From Epiperipatus broadwayi (Eukaryota; Animalia; Onychophora), in contig JAQFVV010000009.1 of assembly GCA_028023455.1 (NCBI GenBank), positions 15,314,001-15,378,000 of the forward strand: a stretch of 64,000 bases of DNA, read 5' to 3'. This document shows, in pieces, positions 10,520 to 23,100 of this stretch (position 1 is its first letter; the number at the start of each line of letters is the position of its first letter). The notes beneath the pieces were generated by a model. The model ran no database searches and was not told the origin of the DNA. It saw only the letters and a program-made list of their open reading frames with translations. A program made the position numbers and the translations under genes.

Positions 10520-12900
10520 TAGGTGTTAACCACTAAAGGGCGCAGAACAGGAAAGTTCTGAATTTTCTAGATCTTACAAGTAGTGCCTATTCAACTGAAA
10601 TTTGGCAGTATTTGGTTCAAAAACCTAGCAGTTTTGTTCATTATGAACTGAGCTAACCCCACTGTAAAGATGAATGAAGATAAAAATCTGAAAGAGTTTT
10701 TCAAAGAAACCAGCTCAAGCAATGATTTCTCAATAGGAAGAATGTACTCCATTACTAACACAAAACACAGAAGTATTACAAGAAAACAAAGAGGTAAGAA
10801 ACCTTTTTTATCCCCTTTAATGAATGAAAAAATGATTGATAGTAAAGTTCTACCTTTAATAAATGACTTCCCAAAGTTTGACCAATTTTCCACTAAAAAT
10901 AACAGTGTTACAAAGATCGTTACAAATTTAAAAAATAGATCTGCACAGAAATTGACCAATATTAATGTTAATAATAAATAGGAAGGCCTATGAAATCTTC
11001 AATGGGAAAGAAAAAATCCACAGTTTTTGCAAAAAATTCAAACAAAAGTGACTCTAAGTCCAAGAAATCTTCCACTGAAAATACCTTCTAGAAAAAAAAA
11101 AAGAAGAAATTCTACAGTTGGAAGAATTTCCTAAACTTGGTAAAAAGACCATTCAAAATGTCAAAACTGATCACAATAAATATAATCCATGTAATACTGA
11201 AATACCCATATTTAACCTTGATTCATCTAGTATTCTCCTCCAACATTTCTGTCAGCTGCAACTGTAAGCAGCTCTGGGAAAACAACCTATGCAAATATTG
11301 TTCAGAACCATTCTAACACTCCAAACAATCATGCTGACAATGCCCTAATAAATCAAGACATTTTCAACTTCCTGGGAGATGAGACAGATGATTCAACACA
11401 CATCATGATTCCAAATGAATCAATCTCTGATTCTAACTTAGATGAGGTAAAAATTAACAGCATATTTATAGAGTTTAATACATCAATACCCAATCATTTA
11501 CACAGATCATTCACCAATTATTCAAGTGAAAAAATGCTAGTTCTCACAGTAACCAACAGAATAAAGAGCTTTTCACATTCCCTATGGACCAATTCTACCA
11601 CGAAATCACAACTTTGAAATTATGGGTACACATTCACCAATTGCTCAGGTATCCCAACAACAGATATCTTATCATAGAATGCCAATATGTTATACAAAAA
11701 AGCATCATACAAAATTCACTGAAGTTCATTGATAACAAAATTGTGGTCATTATTGATATGAACCAGCCAATTGTATTATATGGCCACATCAGAAACTGTT
11801 ATCAAATTTTTTACAGGCAGATCTCCAAAAGCTATTAAAGTCATACAGATCAATATCCAATTTCCAAATATATAATGGAGGAAAGAGCTGATGCTCCAGT
11901 TATTACCAACTCGGCGCTGTTTACCCTTTCTTTAGCCAAAGGTATAGCACCAATGTCTATTCCCATGATCCATTGTGCCAAAGTGGCGCCACTCATAATT
12001 TCCTTTTGGGGCATTGCACCACAATGCCTTTTTTGTCAGCTCAGGACATACCTGGTCAATGATTGTCCTACTAGAATATGTGTCAAATATAACACCAGAA
12101 GGTCCAAATTTCATAATTGTGGAAGCACAGTGCTACAAAACACATAGCCTATCCTGACTTCAACTAATCATTCCCTGACATGGCCGCAGGCATCTGATGA
12201 GTTGATTGCTATCCAACCTGAGCACACCAAATCAACAGAAGCACAAACTCAAAAGCTAATGATTGTGAAAGTCAAAGCACCTGCATCTGGAACTTTGATC
12301 AGAGACTGGACTACTCCATGACACCAATTCAAAAGAAAGGCAGTCACAGAGGCTAAAAAAACAAAAGGCCTGCCTCCTCAGTGGACCTCACAGCAGGGGT
12401 CAGACACAATGCAAAAGCTCTTCTGAAAATGATAAGAGTAAAATCAAGGGGAAGGGCAAAAAACAGAAAGTATAGAACCAAGAATCAATTTTAGATGCAC
12501 CTCAACTTCTCAAACAACATGATCCTAAGCCCAGAATGGACGGCTTCACAAAGCCTCATACACCAACAACAAGAGGTGGTAGAACAGAAAATAAATGAAA
12601 CATATAATCTGGAAATAATACAAGACAATCTAGATAAATCGGGATCTGATGACCAAGCCGAGCCAAGAAGCAATGCTTACTTTGACCAAGCTAAAAGGCT
12701 AATTATTCGTGACATGAATAAAAGTAGGTGGGGACAGAACCGATTTGAAATGTGGCTTCACGTCTTCATCCCTCAAGGAATTAAAGGTACTCATAGAAGG
12801 AACTCTCGAAAGCACAATTTTTCCTGAAGATACTACTTGGAACACATCGCAGGCATATTGTTGGCACCATCTATGGCCCATATATGGGTGAGTCTATTTG
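10520..12900 (+). mobile_element. Degenerate L1/Tx1-type LINE 5' region and ORF1 (gag-like with zinc knuckles)
   Basis: Broken S/T/N/K-rich frames, then PQCLFCQ..(H)LVNDCPTRICVK..(H)NC double CCHC-like knuckles at about 12015-12125. Many stops and frameshifts. Confidence 0.55.
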
Positions 12901-13144
12901 CAGATGATTTCATAATGTACGGACAGGCCTTTGAGTAATCCAAAAGTCAAAGACAAAAGATTCTAAAATAAACAACTACTAGGAGTTGTCAAGTCAAAGA
13001 TGGAAGCCTCAAAAGTGCATACAGAACAAAGATATTGAAAAGACTGAACCCCAGATACACCAATGAAGATTAGCTCATCTGAACTAATGACTCACAAACT
13101 CAAGTTTGTGGAAATGTAAGGAAGCTGCAGTAACATATGTGAAT

Positions 13145-13212
13145 ACAACTTTATTTATGTTGTGTGTTTAATCATGCATTAATGATTAAACACACAATAT
13201 AAATAAAGTTGT
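13145..13212. repeat. 68-nt near-perfect hairpin (31-bp stem, 6-nt loop)
   Basis: acaactttatttat-g-ttgtgtgtttaatcat gcatta atgattaaacacacaa-t-ataaataaagttgt. Only one G.T wobble. Confidence 0.9.
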
Positions 13213-16200
13213 CTTTTGATGAAAAAAAAAAAACATAATGACTATTAGTCAATTTACTTCTGAAGAAATGAGATCCTACTCCTATGGTGAAAAGATAGTT
13301 ATGGATAAATCACTCAGCTGATGAGGATAAAAGTGAAGAAAATTACAAATGAGGATGCCACTCAAGAAACAATATGGAAATATCTTAAATAACAGTTTCA
13401 TGTGTGTCAGGTATTATTTAATATTTTTTGTTAATATTTTAAAACACTTTTTTATAATATAGTTTAGTGGACTTCTTTTATTGTTTTTATTTAAATATTA
13501 ACTGCATGATATAATAAACTATTTTTCAATATACCATTTTTTCATATTTAAAACGATCATTAGTGAAATGAACCAGTTAAATTATTTAAATCCCACCATT
13601 GCATATATATATAGTTATATGCTTAAAATAAATCTTATCATTTGTTCACATTCAATTAACTTCACATTTATGAATTCTTAAACACTGTCATTCAAGGTCA
13701 GTTTTGGGTGTCTTTTCATATCCAGACATATTCGTTGTAAAGGCAGATTCCATTTATTTTAGGTGAGCAGATAACTTACACTGAACAGATAGTTTGATAA
13801 TCCTAATGCTAATCATGCACTTAGTTAAAGATCAATAACCCCAAAAAGGACTGCTTAGCAAATCATGTTATATACATTTCCAATTCTTTGTATGTAAATC
13901 ATTTTCAAAACTGAAGACAGTATAATAATATTTTATACTTCTCCAACAATATTTTTAATATTTTTGTGACAACAAAAATGCTCTAAGTGTTACAAATTAA
14001 ATCTGTAGTCAAACTTGTTAGAATATTGTTGTTCTGGTAAAATGAACTAGAACTATTATAAAGGTTGGAGAGAGAAAAATATGTAGTTAAGTCTTAATAT
14101 ATTTGCACTATGTGCATGTTCAAATAGAAGTTTTACACAGGGTCATTATATATATGTTTTGAAAAATGTCTGAGAACCAGATTAAAAGTGTTTGAGGGTC
14201 ACAGGTTGTTTATTCCAACTACAGACTGTAATGTACATATTTTCAATAATCAATTTTCATAGACAAAACAAAATAACCTAAGTTGATCTTAATGTAGTAA
14301 AATAATCACCGAATTTCTTTCAATGATTTGTCCCTACCCAAAAATGATATTTAATTATTTGTTGGTGATATAAATGTTTTCACATTTAAAATATATGTAT
14401 TTAAGTGTTTTAAAATATCAAAAAATCTTTTTTTTTCAAAAAAACTTTACATAATCTTTTAAAAATTTGATTCAGAAAGCAAAATTAATTTAAAAATAAA
14501 TTTAATATAAATAACTTCAACATTTTTTAAAAAAGGAAATCAAATATTTCTCTGCCATTATTAATTTTTTTTTTTTTAAAAAAAGGACACAAGAAATATA
14601 ATTTTAAAATATAATAATAGAAATGAAAAAAAGTATTTCTAGATATATAAAAAGAAGTCAAATATTTCTTAGATTAAAATTTTTTCTACACAATATTTCT
14701 AAAGAATTAACAAGGGCGAATAGTCAAAAAGAAACTTGTAAAAAGAGAAAAAATAAAATAAATTCAAATATTGAAGACTACATAAAAAAAATACCAAAAT
14801 TCAGGAAGTGCCCTTCTCTTTTTCACACACACAAAAAAAATACTTTAATAAAGTGTTAAAATTCAATCTAACACAATTTATTTTAGAAACACTTTACTTA
14901 AAAACTTTTTATTTAATTTCCGTAAGAGCAAATTTATAATAGAGGGCGCTATAAGGTGAACAACAGGAAATGTTTTACTTAACAATATACATAATGTGAG
15001 AAAAATAAAACAACAAAAAAACCACAGTACCTAAATATTAACTAAATGTTCTTTCTCACGCCATCATGTAAAATAAATCACAAGTGTTATATATAGATTG
15101 AGCTAAAAGTAAAGACTTCATATTCAATTATTCTGGATAGAAAAATGTAGAACTTAAGCATCTTGGTGAAATAAGGGTTTTATTACTTTTTGATTTAGCT
15201 CTAAATTTCAGATATAACAGCATATTATATTAAGTATATAGCAGGGGCACTAATGATCACCATGTATTTTTTTATTGCTTGATTGTAATATATTATTGCC
15301 TAGTTATTTCAACATGTCTTTGGGAAAAGAATTTAATTTACATGAAAGAGCCAATTCATGTGTAAAATATAATGTGTATAACTGAAGTTTGACTTTTTTT
15401 CATGCACTTTGGCTTGAAATCTTCAGCACAACTGTTTTAGAATGATCTATATTAGACTTATTAAAAATAAAACCAATAAAATCAAATATGTCATAGAAGC
15501 AGTAAATATCTTTTTGAGATTGGAGCTCAAATATTTAACACCATTTTTGGCTAATAATTTCTGTGATATTTAATATTTTCATGAAATCCATATTCTTTCA
15601 CTAGTATTCAAATATTTTCCATATTACAACGTATCAGAATCTCTATTATTTAAAAATAATAAAAGATATATTTAATTACAATTGATAATAATTATCTAAA
15701 AAGCAAACCAATTACAATCTGTCCCCTATTTTGGGCTCATGTTGTATATAGACTTTGATAATATTTACTATTAACTTAAAAGCATATCTTATTATTTCTT
15801 GCTCGGCCAGCCAATGAAAGATTTTAAAGATGCTATCTGCAAAGTCGTGGATGAGATCTCCAAAATGAAAGAAATATACAGTCAATTACTAGATAAGTGG
15901 TTCCACATATATTACAAATAATTGTGGACAAAAACAGGTTTGCAGAAAACATTTAGCTGTTCCAACATATTAACATTTGCATATAATTATTTTATTTTGA
16001 TTACTGGAAACAATTTCACTGATCAGAAAAGATTACAATGCTAAAAAAAGATGAGATTAATGAATTATGTTTATATAACATTAAATGGTCCTTGTATAAA
16101 CAAAGATTTAATAGGGAAGAATTAGATCTATTGTATATATAATATTTTAATATTTTTTTTTAAATTACAATATCACATACAAATAGCTTTCTGAAGATGT

Positions 16201-16811
16201 AAAATAAAATAAAAATTGTTAATAAAACTGCAACCATAATTAATAGTATCTAAACTTCATTACAGTGCAGCCACTATATTCATTATTGCATACATCATAC
16301 ATCACGTACAATAGCTCACATTTTGTTAATAAACTTTGATTGGAATAAATTATGTATTGTTTAACTACAAGTGTACAACACTTTTCAATACACACACATA
16401 TATATATATAAGACATTTTTATATGTATACTATGCATACATAAATTAAGATTATAATATAAACAAAATTTTAAAAAAAATAATCATACTTATAGTTATTG
16501 ATAATAAATTAAGGGGCACATTTACATATATTTTACCGAGAGTGTGCACTCATTCATTCACTAAAATAATAAAAATAAAAACTTATTGTAGCATGTTTTT
16601 ATTTATTTATTTGAAAAAGAAGAATAGTGAAATATCTGACTTTCATAACAATTAAATACACTCTGGATAATGAATAATATTTCTGTAGTATTATTTTTAT
16701 TACACTACTCTCACACAAGATAGGAACTGGTTTCTATCCACTTTAACACCTTATGGAGGGGTGTAATCATAAATATATGACCAAAGTCATGTGAAAAAGA
16801 TGTATGATACA

Positions 16812-16853
16812 CAAGATGTACATTTTGTACTAAATCAGCACTCATCTGTTGGC
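16812..16853 (-). ncRNA. Decayed minimal type I hammerhead (family B-like)
   Basis: ccaa CAGATGA GTGCTG att TAGTAC AAAA TGTACA TC ttg. Stem III is the palindrome ATGTACAT. Confidence 0.55.
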
Positions 16854-17236
16854 CTAAATCAGAATCACTTACATATATCTTTATCATTGTGCAGTATACA
16901 TAGATAACAAATTACTAGAGTTAAACTAATGTATCAAACTTACTGCCCTCACAACATTGCCACAAACCACTTGACAGAAGTATATTAACAATTTTTATTA
17001 ACCATTCATTAGATTAGAGATCATCTACTTAAATTACACTACAGAACTATTTTTCATCAAGTGGATAATCTCTAGTCTAATGAATGAGTAGTAAAAATTA
17101 TTAATATACTTCCATCAAATGGTTTGTGTCAAAGTTGCAAGGACAGTAAGTTTAATACTTATAAATTAAACTGTAATAAGTTGCTATCTATATATATTGA
17201 GCAATAATAAAAGTATGTGTAAGACAGTGCGATCTT

Positions 17237-17278
17237 AGCCACCTAATGAGTGCTGGTTCAACAAAATGTGCATCTTAG
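17237..17278 (+). ncRNA. Decayed minimal type I hammerhead (family B-like)
   Basis: cac CTAATGA GTGCTG gttc AAC AAAA TGTGCA TC ttagg. Homologous to the 16812-16853 motif. Confidence 0.5.
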
Positions 17279-19449
17279 GATCTTACATCTTTTTCACATA
17301 TCTTTGGTCATATATTCATGATTACACCCCTTAAAAGCAGACAAAAACCAGTCCTTATCTTGCATGAGAGTGATGTAATGAAAATTACCCTACAGAAATA
17401 TTATTCACTAAGTGGATAATCTCTCATCTAATGAATGACTAATAAAAATTATTAATATACTTTGGGTGATATTCCTTTTTTTTTTCTTTCAATAACCTTT
17501 TTTTTTTTGTAAAACTTTTAGCATCATGCTAAGAAAAACATTTTATTACATGGAATATTGCACATCATATTCAAAAAAGATAATAAAGGAAAAATAAACT
17601 AAGTGCTTTTTCAGACTAAACTGGTAAAATTTTATTAAAAAACATAATAGAATATAGCATATAATAAAATTTACTTACAATTTTTACCTTTTTTATGTAA
17701 GTGATCACATATAATGCTCAGAGAGGGGGAAATCGCTTCTCATATATAAAATATATTAAATGTTTTTTTTTTAATATTTACATTTATTCTTGGATAACAT
17801 ACAATTGAAATTGCATATACTGATACAGCATAGTTCAGTTCTTTTCAATTGCATCATTAGTGAGAGAGAATTTCCTTCAGTAATAGGAAAGATAATTTAA
17901 AATTTTGATCTATAAAAATTTTCTACTCTGAAGTGAATGAGCTGACAAAGCAATTGCATAATAACGATCTTATTAGTGAATAGTTTACGATTATTTATTT
18001 TAAACTTTGGACTTCAATGGCAATGAATGCCAGAGGTAGAACCAATGCTGGATATTGTTGGTAAGGCAAATTGCTTGATATTATAGCTAATAATTCAGTT
18101 TGTAAAAATGATGTACATATTTCTGATCTACTACAAAATAAATAAATAGAAAAAAATTACATTTCCTGAAACAGATTTCTATTTTTTTTAAAAATTAAAT
18201 ATGAGTATAAGAAAAATAAGAATACTACTGTCATTAAAAATAAATTAGACCTAGTGTCTGAAGCTAACCTAGCGCCTTTCTGAGGAGTGAGTGCCAAAGC
18301 ACAAAACCATGGTCAGAGGTTGGGGGGGGGGGTTCCTGATGGAGATATTTTAAATGCTTTCTCTAGCTAAGCATTTATTACAAAGCTTGTTGAGCAATTG
18401 GCAATGCTCATTGTTTATATCTTATAAGCTTATGAGAATTGAGGGGGGGGGGGGTCATGTGATCTATGACTCATATTTTGACTATTAAAAATAAATGTTT
18501 TATATTTACAAATATCATAACCAACTCTTCTAATTTTATTTCTTTGGTGATCTCATTCATGTTTAATTGAAATTGTTGATAAATCTTGTCTTTTTTAATT
18601 TAGAAATTGTTTTTATTTATTTTGGTCAAATCTTATACTGTAATCGATTTTTAACACACTTCCAGTGAGTAGATTTTTTCAAATTTTGCACACATTTTAG
18701 GTATTGTTGACAATGCAATATTTCAGGATTGTCCAGGTAGTTGTCCAATATAAAAGTCTTGGTGGCCAAATCAATTCAGTAAGTTTCCAATGATATACAG
18801 TAGATGGAGATATAATTTTTTAAAATATGCTATCTTTAAATTTTATGAATATTCACTAAAGAGTATTTACAGTTAATTAAAATAAAATAAATGATGGATG
18901 AAATTTTTTCTCTTGATTGTTTAACTAAAACTTGTTTTTTTTTTTTAAATAATAATGTTGCCTTCATGAACATTTGTAAATAATTGTTAACACATGCACA
19001 TTTTATTTCATTAGTAAAAATGAAGTGACATTGTTTCCATTCTCTTTAAATTTGAATATGAATAGCTAGAAAAAATCTATTGCAAAATATCTGAAGACAA
19101 ATATATATATAAAATATTTTTATAAAAAAAATGTTTTTATATAATCTGAAAAGTAATGCACTAAAAACCAAAAAATAACCTCTTTATTCACAATTTAGGT
19201 TATATTTAACTTAAAGTAAAAGCACGAAGCATCAATAGATTAATTAATTAATCTATTTTTTTTGCTTTTTAATGCATTAATTCCCAAATTAAACGAAGTT
19301 GTTTTTATAAAATATTTTTGAAATATATTATTTACTGGTTTCAACTTGAAAAAACTTTTTTCAGTACTTTCAAAATTTTAATTATCCAAAGAAGTTAGAA
19401 TTTGCATGCAATTTATTGCAATAATCACAATTAATATTTTTAAGCATTT

Positions 19450-20100
19450 GCTTAACTTTCAACTTCATTTAATCCCAAAACTGATATTCAAAATAGTCGA
19501 GGGTCAGGTTCTTGATGTTTTTCAATCTATCCTTACAAATCATCTCCCCTCCTCCATTTTGCTTTTAAAAGTATTTACCATGCAAATGTCTTACAATATA
19601 AACTATCATAATTCTTTTTTATTTCAATTTTTTCCACAATACTCAATTTATATTCTATATTTAATATATTTTTCTGCTGTATCTATATAATTTTCAACAT
19701 TCAGGTTCAATATCACAATTCATAAGTCTGGAATTTAAATCTTACAATCTTTTTCTGGTTCTTGGTATCTTATTTTTGTATTTTTTCTTTAATACAATCA
19801 TAGTGATTTTTATCAAATACTTTCTTAGATTAGGATATTCTAAAAAATACATTCTTCTGCATTTTCCATCTAACATAAACATGCTTTCCAAGTAAGTAAA
19901 AAACTATACATACCTATTTCATTATAAGTTTTATGCATTCTATGATGTTTTCTTTTGTTTACACATATTCATGTCTTAATTTGTTTTTAGAAATCTATTA
20001 TATCTTCTAATGTAATTTCTAGTTTTTATTTTGTCTTCAAATTAAATTTTGCTCCCAGTTCTGCAATTTACTTTTATTATCATCTCAGTAATCAATTTTT
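19450..20100 (-). mobile_element. Possible degenerate LINE ORF1 (coiled-coil, CR1/L2-like) remnant
   Basis: The minus strand is purine-rich and K/E-rich, with a DRL..KN...FG(L)NEVE-like stretch near 19450-19530. Heavily disrupted. Confidence 0.3.
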
Positions 20101-23100
20101 AGATTTCTAAATGCTTTAAATAAGACAAATGAAAAACATCAAAAGCTTTTTTCCCCATAACTATCAAAGCAAGTAAAATAGATTTATTGAATCATAAAGC
20201 ATACTAAAACTCAGTATTATTTCTTACATTTTTTAAATTTTTGTTGAAACCACATTAAATTCATTTTTTTTATATCTACTAGGCAATGATGCTTGCAAAA
20301 ATATATGATGGGAATAATAATAGCTTTAAAGTCTTATATAATCTAAAGTTCCTTTTACATGAGATATAGATATTGTGCAAATACATGTTTTATCAGCTAT
20401 ATTAAAGCAAAGGTTAAATAAATTGTGAAATTGTTCAATATAAATGAAATAATTTAAATAAAATAATAATAAATGTTAATTTGAGTTACAATAGAAAAAA
20501 TGAAATAGGATAAATGTAATATGCATTATAATTTTCACTAATGTTTTTGATCTGCAAAAGGATTATCATGTTTTTTTAGATTTGTACGCTGATTAAAGAT
20601 AATTAACATGTAAAGGGGGGTATATGGTTTGTAATTAAGTTATTAGTCATTAAAAACAGATGGATACAGTAAAATTAACTGTTTATTTAAACAAATAAAA
20701 ATTTGTTTGATTTTCATTGCATCATTAGTTGAGAAGGTATTTAAGTACATGGTTTGGAAAAAAGTAGTTAACTAAATACTCCACCCAAATTGTTTTAACA
20801 GTTCAATTTATAGCAAGTTAAACAGTTTTCAGCAAGTGAATCACTGGATTCCATAAAATAGAAGGTTTATAATACTTTAAACAGAATAAACAGAGAATTA
20901 TGATCATAGTCTTACAGAAGAACTTCACTGCTATTAGAAAATTAAAAATGAAGCACTACCTGACTGCTATGATGTAGGCTTGCTTTGAAACTTATCAGAT
21001 GACCCAGGCTTAACTTTAGATGACTTCCACTTATATGCATACCTGATCAACAACAAATACTAGTTTCCTGTATTTTGCAAAGAACTGCATATAATAAAAC
21101 GTAATAAAATTTGAAAAAAATTGTAAAGAAAAAAAAACATCCTGAAAAAAGTCAAATACATATGTTAAAGAAGACTAAATCTACTCATCTAAGGTAAAAC
21201 CAAAATGAATCCTTCAAGTGAATCTAGAAACAAATTTTTGTGTGTACATACACAAAAAAGATCAAATAATTTGTTCAAGAATCTGTTAAATCAGTATATA
21301 TTTTTTTTTAGCTCAAAAGTTGAGCTAAAAAGTGCTAAATAAGAATTTTATTTTGTCTAATTCTATTCAATAATATTTTTTTTACATTTATCAATATTTT
21401 TATAATAGTAAAGAATGCATTGTAAATATTTTTGTTGCTGTTATTGTTCTTTAATGTTGTTGTATGTATATATGTAGTGAATCAAATGTGATTATTTTGC
21501 TGAAATTACAGATATAATATCATAAACAGTTCTTCCTACAACAACTAAATTTTCAAAATATATTGTATACTAAAGTGCTATTTATGTAGTATTCAAACCT
21601 TTTTTCTTTTTTAATATTTGCTTTTTTTATTTTATTAAATATTCATTTTATTATAAGCTAGAATCTTTGAATGTCTTTCTTTCTTTTCCTATGCTTCATT
21701 AATAGTAAGATATCATAGTAATCTTTATTATTTGGTATAATAATTATATATCAATTTATTAGCTACAGAAGTTGTAGCTAATTACCATGTGTAAAATAGC
21801 AAGCATTATGTAACGTAATGGATGCATAGTGAAGATATATAAATTGTCTACATTTTTAAGAATTTATTTAGCACTCATAATAAATTCTGACTACCACCAT
21901 ATTATTCTTAAATCACTTGGTAGAAAGAATATATAAAAAGTTATTTATCAATTTTTATTACCATTAATATGAGAAAGCCAAGTAAGCAAAGTATTGGCAT
22001 TACTTATATATTTCATGCATAAATTATTGTAGAAAAAATGAGACCTTCAACACTAGTCACTCTACTGATCATCCAATTCTATTATCTGTAAATTCATTTC
22101 ATTTTCATTGAAAAAAAATCATGTTTTTTTTTTTTGCTTGTTTGAAAAACCTATGTTATGCCACATCTTATACAATTACAAATGGTACCCAACTGTAGCC
22201 CAATGATGATAAAGTTCTGTTTTCCAGTACTGCATTTAGCTACCTAACTTTAATATAATAGAATAAAGCCATCATGTATCCACAGTTATGATTTTCATCC
22301 AACCAGGATGATAATAGTTGAGATTATATATTTGTCATAAAGATATAATAGCTTTATAAATACTTAATATAGTTATATACCAGATAATCACCTGGAAAAA
22401 AAAATAGAGATATGTAAAAAAAAAAAAAACCTGTACACAAAGAGAAAAGCATATAGTAAGGCAAATCTATGAGAGAAAAAAAAAAGTTTTAGGGAGTAGG
22501 GGAACATCTCACTGAGTGAGCCCCATTTATGAATAACATTATTTGATTATTGAATTAATAACAAATCATAAATAAGAGTATTTTATTTTTGTTAAAAAAA
22601 ATGATAACCAGATAAAATCAAATAGAATGAAGTAACAAATGGAATAGCAATCAAATGAACAGCAATTTGCAATGAAAGAAATAGAACAGATGACAGAGCC
22701 ATAATCAAAACAGCCAGAAGATAAAAACAAGAGTTAGCACAGGTAGTGATAAACACCATAAAAATAAACCCTGTAATATTGATATTGTGAACAATCATAG
22801 AAAAAATACAACAGGAAAGTGATGCAAGATTTCAATAAATGATGCAGACCATAAAATAAAAAGACCATTAAAAAAATTCAGAGAAATAATTTGAGTTTTC
22901 AAGAAACCCTTGAGAAAACCAGAGAGTGGTATAAGAAAAATTTGAAGAGATCAAAGTAATACAAGAAACCATATAAACATCAAAAAAGAAATGATACTAT
23001 AAGTAAAAAAAATAGGTGTAGCAGAAGATAGAAATTGTTGAAAGATTGGTGCTAAATTAGAAAAAAAAATATCCAAACATTTGTTGACAATAGTGTAAGT

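Larger units (their letters stand above)
16668..17462. mobile_element. Hammerhead-bearing non-autonomous element: inverted copy plus 351-nt head-to-tail partial tandem (retrozyme/mini-Penelope-like)
   Basis: 16668-17030 is an imperfect reverse complement of 17059-17410. 17031-17110 is repeated at 17382-17462 (period 351). Each arm has a decayed CTGATGA-GTGCTG..CAGCAC-GAAA motif. Confidence 0.75.

Noticed and set aside
14623-14859. Remaining short K/I/F/L-rich ORFs of 60-110 aa across the window
   Set aside because: Expected by chance in AT-rich DNA. No domains, codon signal or splice support.
15810-15925. Small ORF MKDFKDAICKVVDEISKMKE... as a host exon
   Set aside because: No convincing splice sites. 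It looks more like a decayed Tc1 transposase C-terminus and neither call is supportable.
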